Shown here piece by piece: positions 27,399 through 37,000 of a stretch of 59,272 bases of DNA; position 1 is the first letter of the stretch; each line of letters starts with the position of its first letter. A program made the position numbers and the translations under genes. Below the pieces are notes generated by a model, which searched no databases, was not told the origin of the DNA, and saw nothing but the letters and a program-made list of their open reading frames with translations. The DNA is from Bacteroidota bacterium. GTDB lineage: Bacteria; Bacteroidota; Bacteroidia; NS11-12g; UBA955. The stretch covers positions 1 through 59,272 of the forward strand of contig JBEDND010000252.1 of the NCBI GenBank assembly GCA_041170785.1, read 5' to 3'.

Positions 27399-27557
27399 AT
27401 GCAACCAACCTATAATCCCAGTACCCGCAAGCGCCGCAACAAACACGGTTTCCGCAACAGGATGAGCACTGCCAACGGCAGAAAGGTTCTGGCAGCTCGC
27501 CGCGCAAGGGGTCGCCACAAGCTCACCGTTTCCGACGAACGCGGGCACAAAGGTTAA
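27399..27557 (+). CDS. rpmH: 50S ribosomal protein L34
   Basis: Absent from the ORF track at 52 aa. My translation is [52 protein letters not shown], the L34 signature, in the canonical position directly upstream of rnpA. Confidence 0.95.
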   Translation: MQPTYNPSTRKRRNKHGFRNRMSTANGRKVLAARRARGRHKLTVSDERGHKG

Positions 27558-27575
27558 GCACCTAAAGGCGGAACC

Positions 27576-27968
27576 ATGCGCAAAGCAACGCTGCGCAGGG
27601 ACGAAAGACTTCGGGGAGCAAAGCCAATCAGCGCTTTGTTTCAAAAATCCTTCTCTGTAGGACAGTTTCCCTTTAGGATAAATTGGGTCCTTGCCCAACC
27701 CTCTTCTGTACATGTGCGTGTCGTATTTGTGGTTTCTGCGCGGAGATTCAAAAAGGCTGTTACAAGAAACCGTATACGCAGGGTACTTCGAGAACTCTAT
27801 CGCCTGCACAAATACACACTATTGGATTTTTGCAAGGATAAAAACACGCATCTGAATATCGCATTGATGTATCATGGAAGTGATGAGGTGGCTTACCATC
27901 AATTGCTTCAAACCTATCTTCGCTTGCTTGAAAAATTAAAGGCAGATGTTGCGAAACATATTGATTAG
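27576..27968 (+). CDS. rnpA: Ribonuclease P protein component
   Basis: 130 aa and basic, with a [22 protein letters not shown] (RNR) motif. It sits in the rpmH-rnpA-yidD order. Confidence 0.85.
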   Translation: MRKATLRRDERLRGAKPISALFQKSFSVGQFPFRINWVLAQPSSVHVRVVFVVSARRFKKAVTRNRIRRVLRELYRLHKYTLLDFCKDKNTHLNIALMYHGSDEVAYHQLLQTYLRLLEKLKADVAKHID

Positions 27969-28170
27969 CATTTTGGTGTTTTTTGTGCGTATCTACCAAA
28001 GGATGATCTCGCCGATGATTCCGCCTTCCTGTCGCTATACACCAACCTGTTCACAGTATGCGGTAGAAGCCTTACAAAAACATGGACCCTGGAAAGGACT
28101 GAAGCTGGCCATCAGGAGGATTGGTCGTTGTCATCCTTGGGGTGGAAGCGGATACGATCCCGTTCCTTAA
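27946..28170 (+). CDS. yidD: Membrane protein insertion efficiency factor YidD
   Basis: [30 protein letters not shown]...[14 protein letters not shown] is the full YidD signature. Confidence 0.9.
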   Translation: MLRNILISILVFFVRIYQRMISPMIPPSCRYTPTCSQYAVEALQKHGPWKGLKLAIRRIGRCHPWGGSGYDPVP

Positions 28171-29372
28171 ACCGAAGGTCTGCCCAGTCCGGAGCGGCTG
28201 AGTTTCCAGGACAGCAACAAACTCAGCAGCAACAATAACCCGGCCCCGGTATAGGGAAAGTGGAAATCAATGCTGTATAAAAAGCCGGCGATGAGTGGAC
28301 CAATGCCGCGTGCAAGGGCGCCTGTACTTTGCAGGGCTCCCAGGGTCTTGCCCTGCGCCTGTGGGTCGGTATTCACTGAAATTAAGGCGTTTACTGAAGG
28401 CATAATCATCCCATTTCCAAGCGCAATCAACAATAAACTGAAGGCGGTGAACAGGTAAAACCATGGAACAGGCGGAAAGGGAATGCCCACAATACCAAAG
28501 CAAAGCAGCAAAATGCCGAGCATCAGCAGTTTGGGTGCGCCCATCCATTTGGTAAAATATCCGATAAACAAGCCCTGAATCAAGGCACTGCATACGCCGA
28601 TAAACCCGAACAAGTTACCGGATTGGGCATTGTTCAAGGAAAACTGTTCCTTCCAAAGCAAACTGGCATTGGTTTGCATCATGCTGAATGCAACAATTAC
28701 CACGAAGTTGATGAGGAACAATGCCCCAATCAAAGGGTGGTTTAAAGCCGTCCCAATGGCCTGGAACGACTGAAACCAGGGTTTTCTGTCGCGGGTGCGC
28801 TGTGTCAGCGATTCAGGCAGGGTAAACCAGGCAAGTACAAAGTTGAACAGGCAGAGCACTCCGGTGAAGAATCCAATGTGGTGCATTCCACCTTCTTTTG
28901 CCAACCAACCACCAATAGGCGGGCCAAAAACAAAACCCAATCCAAAGGCAGCGCCAATCAGACCCATACGTTTTGCGCGTTCATGCGGCGGGGTAATGTC
29001 GGCGATATATGCCTGCGCTGCTGAAATATTAGCGCTTCCGATCCCTGAAATCAGGCGTGCCAGGAGTAAGGTCCAGAAACTACTGCTCCAGCCCAACACA
29101 AAATAACCTGCCGAGGTAATGAGTATGGAGCCCAGGATGATGGGCCTGCGGCCCCGATGGTCGCTGATGTTGCCCCAAATGGGCGCAAAGACAAACTGCA
29201 TGAGGCTGTAACTGGCAGCAACAATGCCGGTAAGTACATCTGCATCCCAGTTTAAACCTGCTTTTAGCGCAAGCTCTTTGGAAAAAACAGGTAGGATGGG
29301 AATGGCAATGCCAAAGCCCAATAAATCAATGAAGATGGTTAGGAAGAGGGTGAGCAGAGGGCTGCGTTTCAT
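28167..29372 (-). CDS. MFS transporter (Tet/TCR-like drug:H+ antiporter family)
   Basis: 12 TM helices and [18 protein letters not shown]...[13 protein letters not shown] (MFS motif A). The start is moved to the ATG at 29372 ([11 protein letters not shown]), which forms an ATGA overlap with the upstream gene stop. Confidence 0.82.
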   Translation of the reverse strand: MKRSPLLTLFLTIFIDLLGFGIAIPILPVFSKELALKAGLNWDADVLTGIVAASYSLMQFVFAPIWGNISDHRGRRPIILGSILITSAGYFVLGWSSSFWTLLLARLISGIGSANISAAQAYIADITPPHERAKRMGLIGAAFGLGFVFGPPIGGWLAKEGGMHHIGFFTGVLCLFNFVLAWFTLPESLTQRTRDRKPWFQSFQAIGTALNHPLIGALFLINFVVIVAFSMMQTNASLLWKEQFSLNNAQSGNLFGFIGVCSALIQGLFIGYFTKWMGAPKLLMLGILLLCFGIVGIPFPPVPWFYLFTAFSLLLIALGNGMIMPSVNALISVNTDPQAQGKTLGALQSTGALARGIGPLIAGFLYSIDFHFPYTGAGLLLLLSLLLSWKLSRSGLGRPSV

Positions 29373-29848
29373 AAGTTCAGGCCTTTCAAAGCCCAACCGG
29401 CATGTAAGGGCTTTTTAAAATCCTGTTCCAACTGAGCAAGCTGTGTGATGGTGAGGTCGTAGTAATCGTTGTCAGGATGTATTGCTCCGGAAGCAATTTT
29501 GGGCAATAATTGGCTGCGGTGGATCAATTCCAAACCTTGGTTGGTGGCCAAAGGCACCAGCAAACGATTGAAGAAATCGATGCCTTTGATGCTGCCGAAA
29601 TCCTGCAGCAAACGAAATGCCTTGTCGATGCTGCAACCAGAAGGAGCTTCCATCTGTTCATCCACGGCAATAAGCACAATATGGTCCAGCATGATGTGGA
29701 AAGCTGCGGAAAGGCTGTTTCCATGCGATTTCCAGGAAGCTGTAAAACGCGCCAGTTGTGCACCCAGTTCTTCCTGATCAGGAGCTTCTAATTTCCGGTC
29801 TGCCAGGAAGAACCATATGCGGGCATGCGGAGGCAATGGTATGCGCAT
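29369..29848 (-). CDS. Conserved hypothetical protein (159 aa), function unknown
   Basis: The ORF is wedged between the CCG Fe-S gene and the MFS gene. Its ATG at 29848 lies 2 nt after the CCG gene stop, and the track TTG at 29854 would overlap that stop. There is no TM segment and no motif I can assign. Confidence 0.55.
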   Translation of the reverse strand: MRIPLPPHARIWFFLADRKLEAPDQEELGAQLARFTASWKSHGNSLSAAFHIMLDHIVLIAVDEQMEAPSGCSIDKAFRLLQDFGSIKGIDFFNRLLVPLATNQGLELIHRSQLLPKIASGAIHPDNDYYDLTITQLAQLEQDFKKPLHAGWALKGLNL

Positions 29849-29850
29849 GG

Positions 29851-30630
29851 TCAAAGGTTTCCGGCGCGACTTACCAACTCTGCAATGTCCATGACGGCAA
29901 CCTGTTCCTCTTTACCGGCATGCTTCACGCCATCGCGCAGCATGGTCATGCAGAAGGGACAGTTTACCGCAATGATGTCAGGTTGTGTTTCAAGGGCTTC
30001 TTCACTGCGTTCGGTATTGATTTCTTTGGAGCCCGGTTCCGCTTCCTTGAACATCTGAGCGCCACCGGCACCGCAGCAAAGGCCATTGGTCCTGCAGCGT
30101 TTCATTTCCTTCAAATCGGCATCCAAACGCTCAATAACCATCCTGGGGGCTTCGTAGATATTGTTGCCACGACCCAGGTAACAACTGTCGTGGTACACAA
30201 TTTTGCTCCCCTTAAAAGCACCGCCTTCCACCTTTAGCCTGCCGCTTTCAAACAACTCGTTGATGAAACTGGTATGATGCATGACTTCATAAGTACCTCC
30301 AAGCTGTGGATATTCATTTTTTAAGGTATTAAAGCAATGTGGGCAGGTGGTAACAATTTTCTTGATGCCATAACCATTCATCACAGCAATATTGTTCATG
30401 GCCATCATTTGAAACAGGAATTCATTTCCAGCGCGTTTGGCGGGGTCACCGGTGCAACTTTCTTCCGCGCCAAGGATGGCAAATTCGATCTGTGCAGCTT
30501 CCAGTATTTTCGAAAAAGCTTTGGATACGCGTTGTGCACGTTCGTCGAAACTTCCGGCGCAGCCAACCCAAAAGAGCACTTCAGGACTTCGGCCTTCGGC
30601 CGCATATTCAGCCATGGTTTTTATTGCCAT
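29851..30630 (-). CDS. (Fe-S)-binding protein with two cysteine-rich CCG domains (HdrD/GlpC/LutA-like)
   Basis: Two CCG-domain cysteine sets: VGCAGSF...ESCTGDP...TTCPHC and HDSCYLGR...GLCCGAGG...VNCPFC. Confidence 0.85.
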   Translation of the reverse strand: MAIKTMAEYAAEGRSPEVLFWVGCAGSFDERAQRVSKAFSKILEAAQIEFAILGAEESCTGDPAKRAGNEFLFQMMAMNNIAVMNGYGIKKIVTTCPHCFNTLKNEYPQLGGTYEVMHHTSFINELFESGRLKVEGGAFKGSKIVYHDSCYLGRGNNIYEAPRMVIERLDADLKEMKRCRTNGLCCGAGGAQMFKEAEPGSKEINTERSEEALETQPDIIAVNCPFCMTMLRDGVKHAGKEEQVAVMDIAELVSRAGNL

Positions 30631-30733
30631 ACGATTTGGTCATGCGAATTTAGCCAAGGTGCATGCACTTGCAACAAAGCCACTCAGATTATCCATTATG
30701 CGGTTGCTCATATATTTTATGCAAAGGCGGGTC

Positions 30734-30741
30734 TAAATTTG
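30734..30741 (+). promoter_or_regulatory. -7 promoter element TAnnTTTG (TAAATTTG) upstream of feoA
   Basis: Perfect motif 10 nt upstream of the feoA ATG at 30752. Confidence 0.5.
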
Positions 30742-30751
30742 TTGCCTCAAC

Positions 30752-30979
30752 ATGAACGCAGCAGACCTGAGCATTGGCGAATCAGCGCTGATTACTTCGG
30801 CAGCCGATCATCCCGTGGCGGCGCGCCTGGCCGAAATGGGCTGCCTACCGGGTGTAAGGATTCAGCTTTTATTTGAAGCGCCATTTGGCGATCCACTGGC
30901 TTTTGAAATAGGGGATGGATATTTATTGAGCATGCGCAAGGAAGAGGCGGCCTTGTTGGAAGTGGTGAAAACACAATGA
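30752..30979 (+). CDS. feoA: Ferrous iron transport protein A
   Basis: 75 aa, with the FeoA SH3-like pattern (LSIGESALIT...RLAEMGCLPGVRIQLL...GDPLAFEIGDGYLLSMRKEEA). It has a 4-nt overlap with feoB. Confidence 0.85.
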   Translation: MNAADLSIGESALITSAADHPVAARLAEMGCLPGVRIQLLFEAPFGDPLAFEIGDGYLLSMRKEEAALLEVVKTQ

Positions 30980-32979
30980 ACGAACCCGTAGCGCGATACA
31001 TTGTCCTTGCGGGAAATCCCAATACAGGAAAAAGCACCTTGTTCAACAGGCTTACCGGGCTGCGGCAAAAAACCAGCAATTTGCCTGGCACTACTGTGGA
31101 ACGCAGGGCAGGTAGCTGGATGTTGAAGGGAAACAGATGCAACCTGGTTGATTTACCCGGTTCATACAGTTTGTTTCCTGCCAGTGCTGATGAAGCAGAA
31201 GTGGCCATGGTTCTGGCCTCAGAAAGTCATACACCTGATTTGATTGTGTACGTAGCAGATGCAACCAATCTGCGTCGTCATCTGCTCATGTTTGAAGAAA
31301 TGGCTGAACTTGGCATTCCGATGGTGTTGGCTTTGAGCATGATGGATATGGCCGCCAGCAAAGGGATGCACATCAGCATTGAGGATTTGTCGCTCAAACT
31401 TGGGGTGTTGGTGGTTCCTGTGAACCCGCGCACCGGTGAAGGGATTTCAATGCTTGAAGCAGCTGCGGCCAAAACAAACAGTTCATGGGCCAGCACTTCA
31501 CATGCAGGCACGCCGGCTCAGGCCATGAATAAATTGAGGAATTATCTGGCGGGGCAGGATTCCATCACCCCCGACCAACGACGCAAAGACACCAGCAGAC
31601 GTTTCACATTTATCGGCAGTATTGTAGATGCGGTACAAACAAAGAGTGTCCCGGTGAAGCATTCAGCCACGCGCATCCTGGATCGCTTGTTCACCCATAG
31701 AATTTGGGGTTTTGTGCTTTTGTTTTTCATGTTGTACCTCATTTTTCAATCGGTGTTTTACCTGGCTGAAGCTCCGATGGGATGGATTGAAGAGGGGATG
31801 TTTGCCCTGGGAAGCTTTGTGAAGTCAAGATTGCCCGAGGGGTTTTTCAACGGATTGGTCAGTGGGGGCATCATTCCAGGTCTTGCCGGTGTATTGGTAT
31901 TTATCCCGCAAATAGCCTTGTTGTTCTTATTCCTCTCCATTCTGGAAGACAGCGGCTATATGCCCAGGGCCAGCTTCATCACCGATCGCCTGATGCGCAA
32001 AGCCGGGCTGAATGGACGTTCGGTAATTCCATTGGTTGGTGGCATGGCCTGTGCCATCCCCAGCATCATGGCGGCCCGAACCATTCCAAACCTGAAAGAC
32101 CGGCTCATCACCATCTTTGTGACACCGTTGATGAGTTGCAGTGCCCGTTTGCCGGTTTATGTGTTGCTCATTTCTTTAGCCATTCCGGAAGGATTTAGAA
32201 TAGGCATTTTCGATGCCCGCGGATTGCTCCTCACCTTGATATATCTATTAGGGGCCATCACGGCACTTGTGCTGGCTGCCGTGACGAGTTTGTTTATCAA
32301 ACAACGCGGCAACTCAGGTTTCATCATGGAATTGCCGGATTACCAATGGCCGAGGTTTGCCAATATATTCCAAGGGATGTACCAGCGCTGTAAGGCATTT
32401 GTATGGCAGGCGGGCAGCATCATCCTGATCATTTCCGTAGTGCTTTGGTTCCTTGCCTCGTTTGGTCCGGGTAATGCAATGGAAGAAGCCGGTGCAAAAG
32501 CAGTAGTTCTTGCCACCAGTCGGGGAATGGATGAAACAACCACAGCGCAATTGCAATCAGCAGCAATGTTGGAGCATAGCTATGCCGGAATGCTGGGAAA
32601 AACCATTGAGCCGGTTATAGCGCCACTTGGTTTCGACTGGAAAACAGGCATCGCACTGATTACCTCGTTTGCGGCCCGGGAAGTTTTTGTAGGCACCATG
32701 AGCACCATCTATGCAGTTGGTGCTGATGATGCACAGGGTATCAGGGAGAAAATGGCTGCGGAAACAGACCCATTGACAGGTGCGCAACTGTATGGAATTC
32801 CATTTGCACTCAGCCTGATGGTATTCTATGCCTTCGCGCTGCAGTGTATGAGTACCCTGGCCGTTGTGCGTCGGGAAACGGGTTCGTGGAAGTGGCCCGT
32901 CATTCAACTGATTACCATGACAGGCCTTGCCTATGTCGCCAGTTTTATTACCTACAAGCTGGCAAACTTTTTCTACTGA
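30976..32979 (+). CDS. feoB: Ferrous iron transport protein B
   Basis: N-terminal G domain (LAGNPNTGKSTLFN, DLPGSYS) followed by the polytopic gate domains. 667 aa. Confidence 0.93.
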   Translation: MNEPVARYIVLAGNPNTGKSTLFNRLTGLRQKTSNLPGTTVERRAGSWMLKGNRCNLVDLPGSYSLFPASADEAEVAMVLASESHTPDLIVYVADATNLRRHLLMFEEMAELGIPMVLALSMMDMAASKGMHISIEDLSLKLGVLVVPVNPRTGEGISMLEAAAAKTNSSWASTSHAGTPAQAMNKLRNYLAGQDSITPDQRRKDTSRRFTFIGSIVDAVQTKSVPVKHSATRILDRLFTHRIWGFVLLFFMLYLIFQSVFYLAEAPMGWIEEGMFALGSFVKSRLPEGFFNGLVSGGIIPGLAGVLVFIPQIALLFLFLSILEDSGYMPRASFITDRLMRKAGLNGRSVIPLVGGMACAIPSIMAARTIPNLKDRLITIFVTPLMSCSARLPVYVLLISLAIPEGFRIGIFDARGLLLTLIYLLGAITALVLAAVTSLFIKQRGNSGFIMELPDYQWPRFANIFQGMYQRCKAFVWQAGSIILIISVVLWFLASFGPGNAMEEAGAKAVVLATSRGMDETTTAQLQSAAMLEHSYAGMLGKTIEPVIAPLGFDWKTGIALITSFAAREVFVGTMSTIYAVGADDAQGIREKMAAETDPLTGAQLYGIPFALSLMVFYAFALQCMSTLAVVRRETGSWKWPVIQLITMTGLAYVASFITYKLANFFY

Positions 32980-32993
32980 GCGCTGTTTTTACC

Positions 32994-33001
32994 TAAATTT
33001 G
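32994..33001 (+). promoter_or_regulatory. -7 promoter element TAnnTTTG (TAAATTTG) upstream of rpoD
   Basis: Perfect motif 76 nt upstream of the rpoD ATG. Confidence 0.45.
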
Positions 33002-33077
33002 CAGATTCTACGGAGTCTGTGTATCTGTCTATTTATTAAATACAGACAGCACATTATCAGCGTAGCAACATCAGCGC

Positions 33078-33941
33078 ATGAGACAACTAAAAATCAGTAA
33101 ACAGTTTACCAACAGGGAGAACAAGTCGCTCGACAAGTACCTCAATGAAATTTCCAAAGTTCCCATGATTGATGCCCAGGAGGAGGTTGAACTCGCCCGC
33201 CGCATCAGGGAAGGCGATCAGGCTGCTTTGGAAAAACTGGTAAATGCCAACTTGCGCTTTGTTGTTTCTGTTTCCAAGCAATACCAAAACCAAGGCCTTA
33301 CGCTGGGCGATTTGATCAATGAGGGCAACCTGGGCCTGATCAAAGCGGCCAAGCGTTTTGATGAAACCAGGGGGTTTAAATTTATTTCTTACGCCGTTTG
33401 GTGGATTCGTCAAAGCATTCTTCAGGCATTGGCCGACCAGAGCCGTATTGTGCGCCTTCCCCTGAACAAGGTGGGCAGCATCGGCAGGATTACACAAGCG
33501 GCCTCGAAGCTGGAACAGGAACTGGAACGCGAACCAACGCCCGAAGAAATTGCGGAATCGCTGCAAATCCCGGTTACAGAAGTTGAAAACGCATTGCGTT
33601 CCTCCGGAAGGCACCTGAGCATTGATGCACCGCTAACCGAGGGCGAAGACAATACCTTGTTGGGTGTGTTGGATCAGAATGACGAACCCGACCCCGATAC
33701 TCCGCTCATCAACGAGTCACTTCAGAAGGAAATCAGCCGCGTAATCAATACCCTCAGCGACAAAGAGCGTGATGTGTTGAAATACTACTACGGACTGGAT
33801 GGTGGCCCTGCGCATACTTTGGAAGACATCAGCGAAAAGGTTGGTCTGACCAGAGAACGCGTGCGCCAGATAAAAGAAAAAGCACTACGCCGATTGCGTA
33901 AAAGCAGCAAGAGTAAAATCCTGAAAGCATACTTAGGTTAA
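33078..33941 (+). CDS. rpoD: Primary RNA polymerase sigma factor (sigma-70 family, Bacteroidota sigma-A type)
   Basis: 287 aa. Region 2 is [11 protein letters not shown]...[20 protein letters not shown]...[13 protein letters not shown]. Region 4.2 is [28 protein letters not shown]. Region 1.1 is absent, as in Bacteroidota. Confidence 0.92.
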   Translation: MRQLKISKQFTNRENKSLDKYLNEISKVPMIDAQEEVELARRIREGDQAALEKLVNANLRFVVSVSKQYQNQGLTLGDLINEGNLGLIKAAKRFDETRGFKFISYAVWWIRQSILQALADQSRIVRLPLNKVGSIGRITQAASKLEQELEREPTPEEIAESLQIPVTEVENALRSSGRHLSIDAPLTEGEDNTLLGVLDQNDEPDPDTPLINESLQKEISRVINTLSDKERDVLKYYYGLDGGPAHTLEDISEKVGLTRERVRQIKEKALRRLRKSSKSKILKAYLG

Positions 33942-33989
33942 GGATGCTAAGTTCAGCGACACGAAATCTTCATCATGACAATAAAAAAA

Positions 33990-34014
33990 CCCGGCTATTT
34001 GGCCGGGTTTTTTT
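33990..34014. terminator. Bidirectional rho-independent terminator between convergent rpoD and the adhesin gene
   Basis: aaaaaaa-cccggc-tatttg-gccggg-ttttttt. The GC stem is flanked by an A-run and a T-run, so it can act on both strands. Confidence 0.75.
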
Positions 34015-34036
34015 ATTGCGTGGCTCTTGATGTCCC

Positions 34037-37000
34037 TTAGCGCAACACGGTAACCGTTCCACGGAAACTGTAGAATCTGCCGTCGATGTAGCGCAGCCAA
34101 ACTGTCCAGGGATATACACCTTCAGGAACGGCCTTGCCGTTGAAGGTTCCATCCCATCCCTGATTGGGGTTTTTATTATCCCAAATCAATTCGCCCCAAC
34201 GGTTGAACAACTGCATGTGGTAACTGATGGTACCAGACAAACCAACCGGTCCCCAAACTTCGTTTTTGGTATCGCGATTTGGCGTAAAGGCAGTGGGAAC
34301 CCACCACATAAGCTCTGGTTTCAGGAGCAGAAACTTCACATCGGTAGCGGAACAACCATCGGTATTGGTTACGAACAATTCAATGCGCATTCTTCCGGTA
34401 TCGTTGAACGTGATTTTTGGATTCTGCATGGTACTGCTCTGCCCGTCACCGAAAGACCACAACCAATCGGTTGCGCCGGTGCTCCGATCTGCAAACTGAT
34501 AATCGCTTTCAAAACCTCTGGAGCCAAGATGTGTGCTGGTGAAATTGGCTACAGGTTTTACCAAGGAAAGTGCGGCACCCGGAACGCTCAGGGTTGTAGA
34601 ACATCCCTGATCAGATACTGCGGTGAAGCTTACGGTAAAGGTCCCGCTGTTGGTGTATTTATGCGTTGGGTTCTGAGTGGTAGCAGTTCCACCATCGCCA
34701 AAGGTCCATGCATAGGATTGAATGCTGCCCGGAACAACTGAAGCATTCCCTGTGAAAAAGAAATCTTCTCCCTGACATGCAGTATCTGAAGTAAAGCTGA
34801 TGCTTGGGCTTGGATACACATACAATCCCATATCTGCGGAATCGCTGCAACCAAAGTTGGTGCTTACAATTAAGGTAGTTCTGTAGCTGCCAATAGCGCT
34901 GTAGTTGCGGTTGGCAGGATTCCGTACAGATGAAGTTACGCCTTGATCCAAGTCCCATGCATAAGCGGTGATGCTTCCTTCACGAACAGTGGAATTATTG
35001 GTTATGACGAAGGAGTGTCCATCGAAGCATTGTGTGCTGTCATTCACGGCATAGGCCGCGTTGGGCTTGTCATAGATGCGTACGTTTTTAAAGATGGTAT
35101 CATTACATCCGTTGGCACCCTGAGCAACCAAACGCACCTTGAATCTTCCGTAAGTGATGTATTTTTTGCTTGGATTTGGATTGTTACCTGTGGAAGTGCC
35201 ATCGCCGAAGTCCCAGGAATAACCTGAAATGCTTCCACCGTTAAAATAGGAACCGTTGGTGAATCGGGTGGTATTGCCCAGGCAGGCGCTATCAGGTGAA
35301 GAACTAAAGAATGCTGTAGGTCCGGGCAGTACGCGTACCTGCTTGCTGATGGTATCCAAACATCCATTCGCATTTCGGGCGATGCTGCGCACGGTATAGG
35401 TTCCGGTATCTGCATAGGCATGGCTGCGCACCATTCCGGTATCACCGGAATTATCTCCGAACGTCCACAAACGCTGCAGGTAGCTGCCGGTTCCTGTGAA
35501 GGTGAAACTGTTCCCTGATATACACTGACTGCTCTTGCTGATACTGAAGTCGGCATTGGGCTTGCCGTACACCGTTGCGGTAGCGGTAGTGGTGTCTTTG
35601 CAATTCTTATTGGAATTGGAAATAAGGGTAATGGTATAGGTTCCTGATGTGGCGTAGCGCTTATTCCTAATCAACAGCGCTGTATCATTGTTGCCGTCAC
35701 CCAGTGTCCATGTTCTGCCTTTCAAAGCACCGCCAACAATGCTGCTGCTGTCTTTGATTCGGAATGCCGGACCGTTGATACAGCTTGCCGGTGGCGTGAG
35801 GTTGATGCGGGCCGTTGGATGCGGATAAACCTGAATTCTGCCGCGAACGGAATCCCTGCATCCTACATCTGAAGTTGCTGTGAGGGTGAAATTTACCGCC
35901 CCAGCAGCCGTAAACGACTTTCTGATGGTATCTGTATTGATGTAACTCTGTCCCGGGAAGGACCAGTCAAAAAGGTAGCTGCCAAGAGGTATGGTGGTCT
36001 TATTGATGAACGTGAAGTTATTTCCGCGCAGACAGAAACCGGTATCATTAACGGTATATCCCATCAACGGCTTGGGCAAAACCACAACCGAAGAGTCCAT
36101 GGTGTCGCGACAGCCAAAGCTGGTAATTACAATATGACGTACCGTAAAGGTGTCGTGTATGTTGTACGATTTTGAAGGTGCCGGACCACCACCCAAGCTG
36201 GCATCTCCCCATTGCCAGTTGTAGGAGCGAATGGTTCCCGCGGGCGTCGTGGATGAAGCAGTAAACTTGAAGGGCGCGCCTTGGCAGTTTCTGTTTGTAT
36301 CTACCGTGAATGCAGCCGTTGGACGGGCATAAACAGATAGTACGCCGCTGGTGCTGTCTGTACATCCTTTTTGTGTCTTGATAAAATACTGAAGCACGTA
36401 ATTTCCCGTATTCTGGAATGACACCTTGATGCGTTCTGTGTCCAATATGGAGTCTTTGGAAGGGTATTTCACCACCCATCGGAAGCTGGAAATCTTGTCG
36501 TTGGTCACCTTGCTGGAGTCCCTGAGCGCAAAGTAGTTGTCTCCAAAGCAGGGCAATGCGCTGTCTGCCGCATAAGCAGCCGTTAATTTATTGGCGAATA
36601 CAATGCGGGTAGAATCAAACACAGTGCAATTGGTAGAAGTATCCAAGACACGCAGCCAGTATTTTCCGGGTGTGGTTACCTGAAATGTTTGTTTATTGCT
36701 GCTGTCCTGCCATTTATATAAGAATTTACTGCTGAAGCCGGCATCCAGGGTCAGCTTCAGACTGTCGGCACAAACCAGGGTAGAATCCGGGAAGTTGGGT
36801 GAAGGGCCAGGAAATACATCCACTACTTTTGTGCGAACCACACTGTCAAACGTGCCACAAATACCTGGCACCTTAACCACCATGCGGGCAATATAGCTGC
36901 CCGGCTTCTCGTAGCGATGCGTCACTTTGGATCCGGTATCTTTTCCGCCATCGCCAAAATACCAGGTATAACCCAGCGCGTTGGTTCCCGAACCAATAAA

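Noticed and set aside
27393-27809. A 138-aa minus-strand ORF covering the rpmH-rnpA region.
   Set aside because: It overlaps the unmistakable L34 and RNase P protein genes on the plus strand and has no recognisable features.
28167-28170. Convergent yidD and MFS genes share a palindromic TTAA that provides both stop codons.
   Set aside because: This is real but trivial gene packing. No terminator or regulatory implication can be drawn from it.
33019-33030. An identical 12-mer GTGTATCTGTCT in the rpoD leader (33019-33030) and in the mnmA/gltX intergenic region (39722-39733).
   Set aside because: About 200 chance 12-mer matches are expected across the whole window. About 0.4 are expected even when the comparison is restricted to roughly 2.5 kb of intergenic DNA. 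I found no third copy or flanking similarity, so I cannot support it as a regulatory motif.
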